Assembly: GCA_001770855.1 (NCBI GenBank)
Contig: MESE01000038.1
Span: 15,818 to 39,817, forward strand
Direction: 5' to 3'
DNA: 24,000 nucleotides
Origin: Burkholderiales bacterium RIFCSPLOWO2_02_FULL_57_36
Lineage (GTDB): Bacteria; Pseudomonadota; Gammaproteobacteria; Burkholderiales; Burkholderiaceae_D
Both the position numbers and the translations under genes were made by a program. The notes beneath the pieces were generated by a model. That model saw nothing but the letters and a program-made list of their open reading frames with translations. It was not told where the DNA came from and did no database searches. Shown one piece after another: positions 23,834 through 24,000 of this stretch (its first letter is position 1; each line of letters opens with the position of its first letter).

Positions 23834-24000
23834 TGCTTACCCTCATTTTTTCCGCCAGCGCCTTCAAACCGCGATGCACGCCGACCTTGATGGCGGACTC
23901 GGACATTCCCGTCAGGCGCGCAGCCTCCACCACAGACAGTCCGTCCAGCTTCACGTACTGGATCGGCAGCCGCTGACGGTCGGGCAATTGGGCCAGCAAT
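23823..24000 (-). CDS. ECF (sigma-70 family) RNA polymerase sigma factor, C-terminal part only (truncated by window edge)
   Basis: The minus-strand translation reads ...[58 protein letters not shown], which is a sigma region 4 HTH. The stop at 23823-23825 overlaps the nrsF start by 11 nt. The ORF track does not list it because fewer than 60 codons lie inside the window. Confidence 0.7.
   Translation of the reverse strand, partial: LLAQLPDRQRLPIQYVKLDGLSVVEAARLTGMSESAIKVGVHRGLKALAEKMRVSNEH

Noticed and set aside
23063-23890. 275-codon plus-strand ORF overlapping the end of the AraC gene and all of nrsF
   Set aside because: The translation is extremely R/H/Q/A-rich and low-complexity. It is antisense to a membrane protein gene with a clear NrsF-like layout, so it is a GC-driven shadow ORF.
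1-24000. Search for CRISPR arrays, tRNA/rRNA genes, IS elements with terminal inverted repeats, integrases, toxin-antitoxin pairs or classic defence genes (nucleases, helicases, ATPases)
   Set aside because: I found none by eye. There are no regularly spaced repeats, no tRNA-like T-arm context (the GTTCGAAC at about 12984 has no matching stems), and no transposase or integrase-like translation in any listed ORF.

Overview
This window looks like an ordinary, moderately GC-rich Gram-negative (proteobacterial-type) chromosomal segment. It is densely coding, and I saw no rRNA, tRNA, CRISPR array or intact mobile element. All family calls come from motifs read by eye in the supplied translations; no database search was run. 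I support about 27 CDS:

- **Signalling and small conserved genes:** a five-PAS GGDEF-EAL c-di-GMP protein, a DUF4389/DUF5335-like pair, nicotinamidase pncA, a very Met-rich periplasmic LTXXQ (Spy/CpxP/ZraP-like) protein, and a SAM methyltransferase with an odd motif I.
- **Unknowns and accessory enzymes:** a small membrane protein followed by a secreted Cys-rich unknown carrying an HExxH motif, an NTF2-like protein, a divergent TetR / alpha-beta hydrolase pair with a duplicated perfect palindromic operator, and a DJ-1/PfpI-type protein.
- **Chaperone island:** three tandem Hsp20 genes diverge from cbpA-cbpM-trxC, with two small orphan genes downstream.
- **Lipase operon:** secreted minimal lipase, then a parvulin PPIase, then a Lif-type lipase foldase, divergent from an AraC regulator.
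- **Right edge:** an AhpD-like / AraC pair and an ECF sigma / NrsF anti-sigma pair, with the sigma gene cut by the window end.

The two most interesting loci are the lipase operon and the chaperone island. The lipase operon joins a Bacillus-LipA-like minimal lipase to a Lif foldase whose signature motif is degenerate, plus a dedicated PPIase. The chaperone island has back-to-back heat-shock-like promoters and internal stem-loops. Several very long ORFs (440, 446 and 275 codons) are antisense artefacts and are rejected.
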